NCBI GenBank assembly: GCA_963732195.1
Contig: CAVSYO010000006.1
Location: forward strand, 40,970 to 104,969
Reading direction: 5' to 3'
Origin: Terriglobia bacterium
GTDB taxonomy: Bacteria > Acidobacteriota > Terriglobia > Terriglobales > Acidobacteriaceae
Length of the DNA stretch: 64,000 nucleotides
This document shows, piece by piece, positions 44,750 through 54,984 of this stretch. The notes beneath the pieces are model-generated. The model worked only from the letters and a program-made list of their open reading frames with translations. It did no database searches and was not told where the DNA came from. Numbering within the stretch: the stretch's first letter is position 1; each line of letters starts with the position of its first letter. The position numbers and the translations under genes are program-made.

Positions 44750-44821
44750 GCTGCTACAAATGAACTCTTGCGAGTTCGCCTATAATAATGATGCTGTAAC
44801 TATTTTAACCGAGCGCACAAA

Positions 44822-45046
44822 ATGCCAATTTTTGAATACGTCTGCCAGCAATGCAACCACCAGTTTGAAGCCATTGTAATGAGCAAGCAAAAAGCCGCCT
44901 GCCCCAAATGTGAGAGCAAACGGCTGAGCCAGCAATTATCCAGCTTCGCTGTGGGAGGCGAAAAGTCTCGCGCAGCGGCTCCTGCCAGCGGCCCATGCGG
45001 AAGCTGCGGCGACCCTCGTGGTCCCGGCGCTTGCAGCATGAATTAG
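44822..45046 (+). CDS. FmdB-family zinc-ribbon protein
   Basis: MPIFEYVCQQCNHQFEAIV...CPKCES, the CxxC..CxxC N-terminal signature. Confidence 0.85.
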   Translation: MPIFEYVCQQCNHQFEAIVMSKQKAACPKCESKRLSQQLSSFAVGGEKSRAAAPASGPCGSCGDPRGPGACSMN

Positions 45047-45136
45047 TGGTTTTGCTCAGTACAGCTGCTCCATGCGACCAGCGCATTGTCACGGGCGCGC
45101 TGCTGAAATCGTGTAAAATGGATTTCTAGCCTTTAC

Positions 45137-45212
45137 GGTGGGTATAGTTCAGTGGCAGAACGCCAGACTGTGGCTCTGGATGTCGTGGGTTCGACCCCCA
45201 CTACCCACCCCA
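45137..45212 (+). tRNA. tRNA-His (GTG)
   Basis: It has the extra 5' G(-1), acceptor GTGGGTA/TACCCAC, anticodon loop CTGTGGC, T-arm GTGGG-TTCGACC-CCCAC, and an encoded CCA. Confidence 0.93.
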
Positions 45213-45517
45213 ATTTTTCAATCACTTACAGACGCTCACGTGGCGTTTACGTGCTGTTGATCACTAAACGTGCTACTTTCCACATGTCTTAATCACGAGC
45301 AAAAAGAAACGGCTACGTGCCGTTAGCTGCCGTTCGCAGTGCGCTACATGGACTACCAAATGCATGCCGACCGTTGCGTTGTATGTTGTTGAATCTGCGT
45401 AACAATTGGGTCGCCCATTAACTCTTTTCCCCGTTTTTGCCTGCGAAAGGGCAGTTGCGCCGCACAAAAGGGACCACACTGAATGGTCTCTTCTTCAGGT
45501 TAAAATATTCTGAAAAA

Positions 45518-46027
45518 TTAAGCCGCCCTTTCAGCCTCCACATTCACTCGATCAGAGATTGAAGTCAGCAGCTGGTCGGCATGGCCTTCTTCCTGAATGG
45601 TCTTATCCAGCAACGCGGCCTGCTCGGCTTCGCCAAGAATCTGCGCCCAGCGGCGGACTGCTCCGTACGACGCAATTTCATAGTGTTCCACGCGCTGCGC
45701 GGCTGCGATCAGGGCAACGTCGCGGACTGTCAAGTCTGTTGCGTCCTTAATCATGTCCTCGGCTTCTGATACCAGTGCCGACAGGACTTTGCATTTGATC
45801 GGGTCGGCTTCGCCATGTTCTTCCATAAGAATATCCTGCAGCCTGGTCACATGGACGCGGGTTTCCTGCAGGTGAGACTGAAAAGCCTGCTTCAGTTGAA
45901 CGTCAGTCGCTTTCTCAATCATGGTGGGCAGCGCGTCAATAATTTGTTGCTCAGTGGAAAGCAGCATGCGCAGCTGGTTGTGATAAAGATCTCTCAGGGA
46001 ATCAAGGTTGGCAGAGAATAGTTTCAT
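45518..46027 (-). CDS. Ferritin-like DUF892 (YciE/YciF) family protein
   Basis: LRDLYHNQLRMLLSTEQQIIDALPTMIEKA..LQETRVHVTRL..QRVEHYEIASYG. Confidence 0.8.
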   Translation of the reverse strand: MKLFSANLDSLRDLYHNQLRMLLSTEQQIIDALPTMIEKATDVQLKQAFQSHLQETRVHVTRLQDILMEEHGEADPIKCKVLSALVSEAEDMIKDATDLTVRDVALIAAAQRVEHYEIASYGAVRRWAQILGEAEQAALLDKTIQEEGHADQLLTSISDRVNVEAERAA

Positions 46028-46485
46028 GTTCGCTCCTTTTTTGAATTGGAAAACTTCGTGCTAATCATCCAGGGGTTGTGCTCTAGGCAGCACGTGCTTG
46101 TTTTTCAGTTGGATCCAGTTTTACTTTGATCCAGCCACGACTCATGCTCGTCAAAAAAGCTGCGATAGGCGTCAACCGATGGGCTGATGGGTTTATCTGT
46201 AGAAGTTATAAGTTATCTGGACGGGATCTGCCGTCTCTGGCGAATTCATTCAGTCTCGAATTTGCTTAATCAGTGAGAACCACAAAGAAAGGGATGGGTT
46301 GCCGCAGATATCGATTTGGCAGTTCGATTCTTTCTGATTCTGTTAATTCTCCATTCGGGAGCACGGGCCGGCAACGCTGGTGAGGGTTGCGCATCCGCAG
46401 AACCGATTGTCGCCAGATGTGAGTGCCACCTGCGCTCGTTGCTAAACATCTGATTGAAATATAAGCCTGAAAATCGGAGACAACA

Positions 46486-47025
46486 TTGGCTAAAAAGAAA
46501 AAACAAGGAATCGTAAACCCCACCAGGCTTGCTTCATTTGATAAAGAAAAGAAACTGCAGGCCATCATTGAAACGCCCAAAGGGAGCCGCAACAAGTATG
46601 CATGGGACCCGGACCAGCAAATATTTGAGTTGAAGAAGGTTTTGCCGGAGGGGATGGCATTTCCGCATGACTTCGGTTTCATACCTTCAACGGAAGCCGA
46701 AGACGGAGATCCGATTGACGTTTTGGTCTTGATGGACCAACCTGTGTTCACCGGATGCATGGTGAAGGCGCGCCTTGTAGGGGTTATTGAAGGGCAGCAG
46801 ACGGAAAAAGGCAAATCAGAGCGCAATGACCGCTTGCTGGCTGTGGCCGAACCCAGCCACACGCATTCCAACATCAATTCCCTGAAAGACCTGAATAAAG
46901 ACCTGCTGAAGGAATTGGAAAAGTTTCTTGTCAACTACCACGCAAATGACGGCGCCACCTTTAAAGTGCTGGCAATGAAAGGTCCAGACGCGGCGGCGAG
47001 TTGCTTAAAAAATGCCAGAACTTAG
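46486..47025 (+). CDS. ppa: Inorganic pyrophosphatase (family I)
   Basis: IETPKGSRNKYAWD..FPHDFGFIPSTEAEDGDPIDVLVL.. Confidence 0.92.
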   Translation: MAKKKKQGIVNPTRLASFDKEKKLQAIIETPKGSRNKYAWDPDQQIFELKKVLPEGMAFPHDFGFIPSTEAEDGDPIDVLVLMDQPVFTGCMVKARLVGVIEGQQTEKGKSERNDRLLAVAEPSHTHSNINSLKDLNKDLLKELEKFLVNYHANDGATFKVLAMKGPDAAASCLKNART

Positions 47026-47299
47026 CAGCATTTGCCGCATTGAGTTGGCGTCTCAGATCTCCCGCTGTGGAGGGGGCGAGACTCAGGTGTCAAGCGAGAT
47101 GTCAGCTTGTTGTTATAGAAAATTGCGGAGTATGCAAACTTTGCCCAGATAAATCGGCCACAGGATTACACAGGAGCATTTTGGCCGAAAACAGATTGGA
47201 TTGGCTGCATTCCCACCTTCTACTCATCTGTGAAGCGTCTTGCGGCTAAACTTGATGAAAAACTAGCCATTCGCATCTTGTGCTTGTTCGTTCGATAGC

Positions 47300-47413
47300 T
47301 CTTGCTGTGCCGCACCTACGGCGCTTGATCTTCGTTATCGCGTACCCACCCTTCCGGCTTCGCATGCGCTCGCCTCAGGGTGGGCTAACTTCTGGTCGCG
47401 CCTATCGGCGCTT
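47300..47413. repeat. REP/MITE-like element, family B (copy 2)
   Basis: Alignable by eye over ~110 bp with 37827-37940, including the CCCACCCTTC...AGGGTGGG palindrome. Confidence 0.8.
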
Positions 47414-47634
47414 GGATGGTTCAGGCTCGTAACACCATGTCATCCAAAGCATCTGCCCACACAGACCCGGCGAAGGATGCGGGGCGACCGCTTTCAAGAT
47501 AAAGATAAGAATGGGCGAGACCAGCAAAGATGTTGACCATTGCAGCCGTACTGCGTCCTGATCCCCTAAAATAACCGCAAAATATCAGAACACTTTCCGT
47601 TCTCCAGCTGTCTTTCCTTTCAGAGAAAACACAA

Positions 47635-48222
47635 ATGGCGGGGCAGGCGATTTTGGGAGATACGGTTCTGAAACCAGCATTGGCCATGGAAGCGTCGCCG
47701 ACGGTTGAAACGCTGGTGGCCGACCATTCACGAATGGTCTTTCGCATCGCCTACTCCATCCTGCGCAACCATCACGATGCGGAAGATGCAGCACAGGAAT
47801 GCTTTCTGAGGGTATGGAAACACAAGGACCGTTTGCACGAGATAGGCAACGCCAAAACATGGCTGGCCCGGATTGCCTGGACCACGGCGCTGGACAAGCG
47901 ACGCGCCGGACACAAGATGCTTTCGTTGGATGGCGGCGAGCCAGGCGTTGAGTTAATGGAATCGCTTTCTGACGGAACGCCCGCGGCGGATGAGCAACTT
48001 GCGGGGCGGCAGAAACAGGAGCTATTGCAAAGGCTGATCGCGGGCCTGCCGGATGACCTGGCGCAGACGCTGGAGCTATCCACCGTTCAGGAGCTGAACT
48101 CGGCGGAAATTGCCGAGGTGATGAAGATACCGGAAGGCTCGGTGAGGACGCGGCTGTTCCGTGCGCGCAAGCAACTCAAAGAGAAATTGGCGGTCCTGCT
48201 GGAGGGGAGGAAACATGGCTGA
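47635..48222 (+). CDS. ECF-type sigma-70 family sigma factor
   Basis: Region 2 reads VFRIAYSILRNHHDAEDAAQECFLRVWKH. Region 4 reads LSTVQELNSAEIAEVMKIPEGSVRTRLFRARKQLK. Confidence 0.9.
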   Translation: MAGQAILGDTVLKPALAMEASPTVETLVADHSRMVFRIAYSILRNHHDAEDAAQECFLRVWKHKDRLHEIGNAKTWLARIAWTTALDKRRAGHKMLSLDGGEPGVELMESLSDGTPAADEQLAGRQKQELLQRLIAGLPDDLAQTLELSTVQELNSAEIAEVMKIPEGSVRTRLFRARKQLKEKLAVLLEGRKHG

Positions 48223-48795
48223 CCAGGAAAAAGATAGACAGATGGACGAAATGCTGGATTCGCTGCTTGCCAACTATTCCTCAGCGGAGCCGAGGCCGGG
48301 GCTGGAAACCAGGATACTGGCGAACCTGCGCGAAGCAGAAAAGAAAGCGCCGCAAGGATGGTGGAGTTTCAAATGGATTTGGGCGGGAGCGGTTGCGGCG
48401 GCAATCATAATAGCTGCGGTATTGATCAGTGGGCGGCATCGAGTTGAACCACCGACGCACATGATGGTTAAGACCAACTGCCGCAACCAGAGATTCAGCC
48501 GCACGCGCCGATTGCGCCTAAGGAAACGGTTCGGATTTATCGGCGCAAACCGCGAGCGACAAAGCAGCCGCAGAATGCGACGCTGGCACTGAGTCAGCGG
48601 CCGGCAGTTTTCCCCACGCCAACGCCGTTATCGGAGCAAGAGAAGTTATTGCTCAGTTATTTGGCAGGCACGCCGCGTGAAGAGTTGATCGCACAAAGCC
48701 ATCCTGACGAACCGCCAGTGGTGGGCGATCAGGACCAGACTGAAGCCATACCCGATCTAAGGCTTATTCCTCAGAAACTCGGCAATACTCGATAA
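48215..48795 (+). CDS. Anti-sigma factor candidate (single TM), one apparent frameshift
   Basis: The ATG overlaps the sigma stop (ATGGCTGA). It has a TM WIWAGAVAAAIIIAAVLI. After about 48475 the plausible sequence continues in another frame (LPQPEIQPHAPIAPKET...LSEQEKLLLSYLAGTPREELIAQ..) to the stop at 48795. Confidence 0.55.
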
Positions 48796-48805
48796 GGAGA
48801 GAACC

Positions 48806-49390
48806 ATGAAGATTTTTACCAAGGTGATATTGATTGTGGCACTGGCAGGCAGCTTATTCGGACAGCAGACGCCGGCAAAAGAAACATCCGAACAGCCACC
48901 GAAGAAGGATTCCGTTGAGAACCGGGAGCCGGCCGCAACCAACAACTTTTTCAAGCTGGCCTTTGTGCTGTATGAAGTTGACGATGGCAAGCGCACCAAC
49001 CAGCGCGATTACATGATGATTGGCAGAACGGACAATCAGCCTTCGAGCATAAGGGTTGCTACAAAGGTCCCTATAACTACGCTGGAAAAGGGGGACGACA
49101 AGCAGTATACGTATACTGATGTCGGATTGAGGATTAACTGTTCCATGAAGGAACAAGTGGACCGCAGGTTGCAGCTCCACTGCGATATTGAAATCAGCAG
49201 CTTTATCCGCCCGGAGCAGATTGCCAACGCCACTGGGAATGCCGGCCTGGCAGCGCCGTTCCTGCGAACCACGCGAACCGAGTCCTGGGCGCTTCTGACG
49301 CCGGGCAAACCCGCCATTCTCAATACCGTCGACGACATCAACAGCACCAAGCGGATGCAGATAGAGGTAACGGCGACGAAGCTGGATTGA
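48806..49390 (+). CDS. Secreted hypothetical protein of the sigma/anti-sigma operon
   Basis: Signal peptide MKIFTKVILIVALAGSLFGQ. Confidence 0.7.
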   Translation: MKIFTKVILIVALAGSLFGQQTPAKETSEQPPKKDSVENREPAATNNFFKLAFVLYEVDDGKRTNQRDYMMIGRTDNQPSSIRVATKVPITTLEKGDDKQYTYTDVGLRINCSMKEQVDRRLQLHCDIEISSFIRPEQIANATGNAGLAAPFLRTTRTESWALLTPGKPAILNTVDDINSTKRMQIEVTATKLD

Positions 49391-49410
49391 ACGAATGACG
49401 ATAGAGAAGC

Positions 49411-49441
49411 AAAGGGCGCTTCGGCGCCTTTTGTTTTTTTG
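49411..49441 (+). terminator. Rho-independent terminator
   Basis: AAAGGGCGC-TTCG-GCGCCTTT followed by TGTTTTTTT. Confidence 0.8.
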
Positions 49442-49616
49442 CCGATGGAAGCCGGGTTATGCAAGTCGGCAGCCCCAGCAATCACGTGTGGAGTAGGCTT
49501 CCCTCGAGTGCCCTGTGAGGAAAAGTAAAGGGCTGCAGAGGCTGAAACGAGAACATAAAGACGCCATTGCAGAACTGAACAAGTTGCGGGAAAAACAGTG
49601 TCAACCGGCATTTTGG

Positions 49617-49690
49617 TTTTCAGGGGCTAAAGCCCACTCATTTTAAACACTTACGGCACGACTGAAGTCGTGCCCTGACACTTGTCACGC
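49617..49690. repeat. REP/MITE-like element, family A (copy 2)
   Basis: TTTTCAGGGGCTAAAGCCCA...GGCACGACTGAAGTCGTGCCCTGACACTTGT. Confidence 0.8.
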
Positions 49691-49740
49691 TGGAGGAGAT
49701 TTTTTTCAACCCTTTGACCATCCTGTTACGCACCACAGGC

Positions 49741-51105
49741 TCATTTCTCCGGGAATTTAAATCCTATATAAGTTCCAGAACTAATCCCCATAAGCCCCAA
49801 GAGCGTTGCATCAAACTCAGGCATTACCAGATCGAGAAACGCGCTCTTGATGAAAACGAGTCCCAGCACAACAGTCCAAACCGCGATCTGAAATCTGTGA
49901 AAGCTGAGGCCTTCTCCATCTTTCAAGATATCAAGGAAGCCTTTGCTGCTTGGAATGACATGAACGGCAGGAAACTTGTTGAGCAAGGCGTTGATTTCCG
50001 CCAGCCGCTTCTGTCTATCCTGAAGTTCAAGCGCCTCGGGTGTTCCCGCTGCCGGCGCCGCAGCGGTGAGCGCCGCGATCCTGGCTTGTACGACGGCGCG
50101 TTCGCTTTGCAATGATATTTTCTGATTTTCCTCGTCGGCTATTTTCTGGTTGTCGACAAACACGGATGCCAAGCCTGTCCCAGCGCTAATGCCGATCAAG
50201 GCCATTGCCGTGCCAGTTAAGACGTTGATCTCTTTCGTGATCAGGCAGATGTAAACATAGGCAGCGATCACCAGGCAAAACCACCACGCCATCTGCACGC
50301 GACCCAGGCTATACGGTGGTTTGGCGGGGGCAGGCGGGCGGCCATGAGTAACGTCACGAAGGAGATCCGATTGCCACCCAAGCACGAAGACTGCAATCAA
50401 CAGCAACACCAAGCCAACAACTACATAGCGTGTATACGAAGGATAAACGCTCAAGTTAATGAATGCATCAGACGCAAAAGGTTGAAGATCTTTGGGCAAT
50501 CCCACGGATATAGGCACAGCACCATTCGTCTGTCTCCGGGCCTCAGTGAAAATCAATACCCAGGCTTTTCTTTCATCGGAGTCATTGCCGCTGCTGAGGC
50601 TGGTAAGTTGAAAATTTATGTAGCCTTGATCCACAACAACGGATGATTGCTCATCTTTTGGCAATAAGTGACCGGCTAAAAAGAGTCTTAAAGCTTGTGG
50701 ATCATGGTCTTTGCTCTGATTTACCCAAGCCTTGAGACCGAGAATTGGAACGGTAACATTGTTCCCGCGCTCGATACTCTTATTCATAAAAATGATATGT
50801 TGAAAATCTGTGTCCTTAGCCGAGTGGATACATCTGACGACCGTTGGCTGAGCAGGCGCCTCTTCTACGGTGTGTGGGCACGGACTTGGAGTAGGCGAAG
50901 CAGCTGCATCCGGAGTTGGCGACAGAGCTTCAACTTTTGCCACCTTTTTATTCTTTGTGCTCGCGCTCGCCTGCGTCTTATTGTCTTTGCTGGTTTCTTG
51001 GACTTTGGGCTGGGAGAGGCTCCCGGAACTTGAAACAACAAGAGGGTACACAATAGGGACAAGACAAAATTCGCGATCATACCGTTCTTCTTTCTGACTG
51101 CTCAA
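49741..51105 (-). CDS. Large multi-pass membrane protein, unknown function
   Basis: 454 aa. It has a soluble N-terminal half, 3 TM segments, a coiled-coil linker, then a C-terminal SFHRFQIAVWTVVLGLVFI..LLGLMGISSGTYIGF two-TM module. Confidence 0.7.
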   Translation of the reverse strand: MSSQKEERYDREFCLVPIVYPLVVSSSGSLSQPKVQETSKDNKTQASASTKNKKVAKVEALSPTPDAAASPTPSPCPHTVEEAPAQPTVVRCIHSAKDTDFQHIIFMNKSIERGNNVTVPILGLKAWVNQSKDHDPQALRLFLAGHLLPKDEQSSVVVDQGYINFQLTSLSSGNDSDERKAWVLIFTEARRQTNGAVPISVGLPKDLQPFASDAFINLSVYPSYTRYVVVGLVLLLIAVFVLGWQSDLLRDVTHGRPPAPAKPPYSLGRVQMAWWFCLVIAAYVYICLITKEINVLTGTAMALIGISAGTGLASVFVDNQKIADEENQKISLQSERAVVQARIAALTAAAPAAGTPEALELQDRQKRLAEINALLNKFPAVHVIPSSKGFLDILKDGEGLSFHRFQIAVWTVVLGLVFIKSAFLDLVMPEFDATLLGLMGISSGTYIGFKFPEK

Positions 51106-51513
51106 GAGCTAATTTCTACGCCGCAGCAATAACGCCGGCGATGACCGAACTCAAGGAGACTTGGTGCACAACGATAATCGTGGCGTTGTGTTATTTCAAA
51201 CGAAATTTCTCGCGTCCCTCCCTTTTGCCTATTCGCTTAAGCTCTCCGAAACTGACCGGGTTAGACTTCTTTCGTCGCCTAGTTACTCGGATTAGACCTC
51301 TTGTGGATGATCGGGCGGCCAGCTTCCGTAAAAAAGAGCCATGAATCGGTCCGGCGAGCAGGTTTCGCGCTGTCATACTGTACTGATTTCGTGCTTGATT
51401 CGCTCATCCGAATCAGGCTATCATGAGGTGCGCCCCAGGGTGTTAGGTCGCAGAAGCTCTTTGAAAAATGAAAAGCACGAGCATTGCCGTAGTTTCTACG
51501 GTATTCCAGCAGA

Positions 51514-51548
51514 ATGGGTAAATGGGTAATTGCGGTAATTGCGTAAAT
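51514..51548. repeat. Short tandem repeat (GGTAAAT/GGTAATTGC units)
   Basis: Read directly. It lies in a gene-less region. Confidence 0.7.
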
Positions 51549-51751
51549 GAACAGCGATCCAACGACCCTCTGCCAGACTGGGATTGGGATCAGGTGTAGG
51601 CCCGCTGAGAAACACAAAAAGAGGCTTCGAGCGTTCGGTCAAGGACCGCTCAAGGTCGAATGTCACGGTTCGTGCTTTGTTTGCAACAAAACGTTGTAAA
51701 TGGGCGGGTGGGTCTTCTGGCTGGAGGACGCAGCAGAGGGACGCAAAAATC

Positions 51752-51784
51752 GGGTGATCGGGACATCGGTGATCGGGTGATCGG
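51752..51784. repeat. Short tandem repeat (GGTGATCG units)
   Basis: GGGTGATCGGGACATCGGTGATCGGGTGATCGG. Confidence 0.8.
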
Positions 51785-51882
51785 AAAGCCAAGACTTAAC
51801 CACAAAGGGCACGAAGGAACACCAAGGGGAAGAAAAACGGATATCGTCCATCCGCTAAGAGCCGAAAATCTGTGCCTCTGAA

Positions 51883-52862
51883 CTACGCGATCCCGGAGAG
51901 CAGTTCATACGACCGCAGCCGCGCGGAATGATCATAGATAGCGGAGGCCACCATCAGTTCGTCAGCGCCGGTTTGCTCGATGAATTTTTCCAGTCCGGCG
52001 CGGATGGTTTGTGGCGAGCCGACAAAGGAGCAGGCCAGCATGTTGGAAACCTGCGCTTTTTCCATGGGCGACCAGTAGGACTCAATGTTATCGATAGGAG
52101 GCGCAAGTTGGCGGCGCGTACCGCGGACGGCATTGGTGAAAGCCTGCTGGGCGGAGGTAAAAAGTCGCTTGCGCTTCGGCGTCAGTATCGGCGACAATTA
52201 CGTTCACGCCGACCATTGCGTAGGGCTTCTGAAGCTGCGCCGATGGCTTGAATTCCCTGCGGTAGACCTGGAGCGCCAGCATGAGCGCATCGGGCGCGAA
52301 GTGGGAAGCAAACGCATAGGGTAGGCCGAACTCGGCCGCAAGCTGCGCGCCAAAGAGACTAGAACCAAGGATCCAGATAGGAACATTCGTGCCAGCGCCG
52401 GGAACAGCCTGCACGGTTTGTCCGGGTTGCAGCGGACCCAGAAATGCCTGGAGTTCACGCACGTCATGGGGAAAGTTGTCGGCGCTGCTGGGATCGCGGC
52501 GAAGAGCGCGTAGAGTTCGCTGGTCAGTGCCGGGAGCGCGGCCAAGACCTAAGATCGATACGTCCGGGATAGAGCGATTCGAGCGTGCCAAACTGTTCGG
52601 CGATGACGATGGGCGAATGATTGGGCAGCATGATTCCGCCGGCTCCAACGCGGATGGTGGTCGTGCCGCCGGCAACATATCCGATGACGACCGAAGTAGC
52701 GGCGCTGGCGATACCGACCATGTTATGGTGCTCGGCCAGCCAGAAACGCCGATAGCCCCAGCGCTCAGCGTGCTGGGCGAGATCAAGGGAATGGTGCAAA
52801 GCGTCTGCCGGGGTGGATCCTTGCGCGATGAAAGCGAGATCAAGAATGGAGAAAGGGACCAA
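51883..52862 (-). CDS. LLM-class (luciferase-like) flavin-dependent oxidoreductase, two apparent frameshifts
   Basis: The three ORF pieces are 52524-52862 ([19 protein letters not shown]..), 52088-52843 and 51883-52197. They join as ..[18 protein letters not shown].. (about 52552) and ..[15 protein letters not shown].. (about 52171) if one nt is removed at each. Confidence 0.8.
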
Positions 52863-52962
52863 AAGATTCCTTGTGCGGTTGCAACAATACTGATGCTGTG
52901 GAGGCTACTTGAGGTTCACAACTAAAAGAAAACCGCTGGTGCGAACCAACCTGGCGCATTCC

Positions 52963-54204
52963 TTATTGTTTCTGGCTGTAATGGCGCGCAGATCCAATCC
53001 CGGCGGCGAGGTGATCTAAAAGATGATACCGCCTGTGAATCTCCCAGAACTTGCCGGTATATTTCAGCGCGTAAGGAAAAGCAGCGCCGGAGGCCAGGCC
53101 GACAATGATGGACTCAATTTTTGCAGCGCTATTGGCGGAACCGGGAGTGATGGTTTGATCAAGCACGGTCCTGCAGAGCACGCCGCGATCGCCAGGCGGA
53201 TCTTCGCCGTCCCATTTCCCCGCCGCGCAGGAGAGCGCCATCTGCGTAATCTGGCCCGCTTCCAGTTCTCGCACAAGCTTGGTATCTTTCAATTTCAACT
53301 GCCAGCTTTTGGCCGACTCAATGGCCGCCTTGGCGTCACTGTACTCTTCAACTTTCTTCACCCACTCAATGCTTGCCGCAATGGCGGTGTTGACCGCCAT
53401 TTGCTGATGGGCAAGGGCCGATGCTGCGTCCTGGTCATGAGCCGGCACCGCGCCTGCGTCATGATACTTGGCCTGGGAGACGAGTGGCTGCCCCGCAGTT
53501 TCATACTCTCTATAGATCAGGCGCGAATTATCGTGGTTCATATGCGTATGAGTGTTCGCTGCGCCTGCGACTGGAGGATAGATGCCAGTCATCACCTGGA
53601 ACGGCCACTTGTCCGGATCGCCGGCCTGCTCGCGAAATTCAAACCACGTGGGCGCGCGATTGCTGCCATCGGGGAGAGGAATGAGTTTGACTGGGGTCTT
53701 GTTGAAATCATTATGGATCCAGTCAGAGTGGCTGTAGAAATCCTGGATGGCATGGAGCGACGCCCCAAGAACTATCAGCGTCATTGCTTTTCGAGTGCGC
53801 TCGTCAGCGTTGGTCTGCTTGATGTAGCCGCCAATCACCCACTGCGTATTTGTCAGCAGGCGATTGAACAGGAAATCAAATTTCGAATTGCGGTCCAATT
53901 CGCCGTTAAGGTTGTCGAAGTGGAAGAAAATGGCGGCGTCGCGGTCTTGTGCGTTCTTCGCCAGATACTGATTCAGCGCATCAAGCCCCTGGCCGTGAAG
54001 ATTGCTTGCGGCAAAGTCGGATACAGGCCCAAAAAAGTCCGGGGAAAAGTTGCCAAGTTGCATGATCTTGCGCGCGTCTTCACTGAACCCGAACGCCTCA
54101 CCCACTTTGCGGGTGGCTTCAGAATGCCAGAAGGTGTCAAACCCGGATGCGGGAGATGCGACCAACGCCAGAAGCATGAACAAAGCAACAAGTTTGCGAA
54201 ACAT
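52963..54204 (-). CDS. Secreted protein with HET-C-like motif
   Basis: Signal peptide MFRKLVALFMLLALVASPASG. The motif is SLHAIQDFYSHSDW. Confidence 0.6.
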   Translation of the reverse strand: MFRKLVALFMLLALVASPASGFDTFWHSEATRKVGEAFGFSEDARKIMQLGNFSPDFFGPVSDFAASNLHGQGLDALNQYLAKNAQDRDAAIFFHFDNLNGELDRNSKFDFLFNRLLTNTQWVIGGYIKQTNADERTRKAMTLIVLGASLHAIQDFYSHSDWIHNDFNKTPVKLIPLPDGSNRAPTWFEFREQAGDPDKWPFQVMTGIYPPVAGAANTHTHMNHDNSRLIYREYETAGQPLVSQAKYHDAGAVPAHDQDAASALAHQQMAVNTAIAASIEWVKKVEEYSDAKAAIESAKSWQLKLKDTKLVRELEAGQITQMALSCAAGKWDGEDPPGDRGVLCRTVLDQTITPGSANSAAKIESIIVGLASGAAFPYALKYTGKFWEIHRRYHLLDHLAAGIGSARHYSQKQ

Positions 54205-54423
54205 GTTCCAATCCCCAGCGGATAGGTTAGAACAACATTAATATGGATTGCCAATCGCACAGAGAGTACAGCTCGTCGTATCGCAAAATATCAGTAAGAC
54301 CAGAGATGCAGCGTCCGGCGTTTTGTGGGGCGGTCTTTGGACAGCAACCTCGTCCAGACCGTCTCGTAAGGCGATCCAGATGTGCTACACTATTCTTTTC
54401 AAGCACATACCGTCTAAAAAAGC

Positions 54424-54702
54424 ATGCTCCTTTCCAAAGAATATGTCGGGTATTTAGCCCGCCAGGTAACCCAAAAATTGATTGCCGGCGAATTCATTGA
54501 AACCAAGAATGTCCCGGCGGTTTCAGCTGCGCTCAACAATGCGCTGCTGGAAGAGCTGCAACTGGAAGACCGCATCAACGACGAGGTCCGCTTGATCCTG
54601 GAGCAATACCAGGATGAAATGCAGCGCGCGGGCGCCAGTTACCAGGAGATGTTTAAGAAAGTTAAGGGCGAACTGGTGCGCAAATATAAGGCGGTGCTGT
54701 GA
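54424..54702 (+). CDS. DUF507 family protein
   Basis: 92 aa. MLLSKEYVGYLARQVTQKLIAGEFIE.. It is one of two adjacent overlapping paralogues. Confidence 0.7.
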   Translation: MLLSKEYVGYLARQVTQKLIAGEFIETKNVPAVSAALNNALLEELQLEDRINDEVRLILEQYQDEMQRAGASYQEMFKKVKGELVRKYKAVL

Positions 54703-54974
54703 GACTTTCGCGCGACAAGGTAAACAGGCTTGCCCACAGCGTGGCTGATGCGCTGGCTACGCTGGACGATGTCGAATTCATCGAAGATCCCAATACTATC
54801 CGCATGGAAGCGCGCCGCATTCTGGAAGAGCTGCTCATGGCCGAAGCCAAAATCGATGTAGCTGCGCGGGCAAAAATTGAAAGCCAGAGGCGGACCATCA
54901 CGGAAGGCACGCAGGAATGGGACATCCTGTACCGCAAGTATTACAACGAAGAAGTGAAAAAACTGGGAATTTAG
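54699..54974 (+). CDS. DUF507 family protein (paralogue)
   Basis: 91 aa. MRLSRDKVNRLAHSVADALATLDDVEFIED.. with an ATGA overlap with the previous gene. Confidence 0.7.
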   Translation: MRLSRDKVNRLAHSVADALATLDDVEFIEDPNTIRMEARRILEELLMAEAKIDVAARAKIESQRRTITEGTQEWDILYRKYYNEEVKKLGI

Positions 54975-54984
54975 AAGTCGAGTT

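Noticed and set aside
46266-46934. 222-aa minus-strand ORF
   Set aside because: It is antisense to inorganic pyrophosphatase.
53023-54225. 400-aa + strand ORF
   Set aside because: It is antisense to the signal-peptide HET-C-like protein gene and has shadow-ORF composition.
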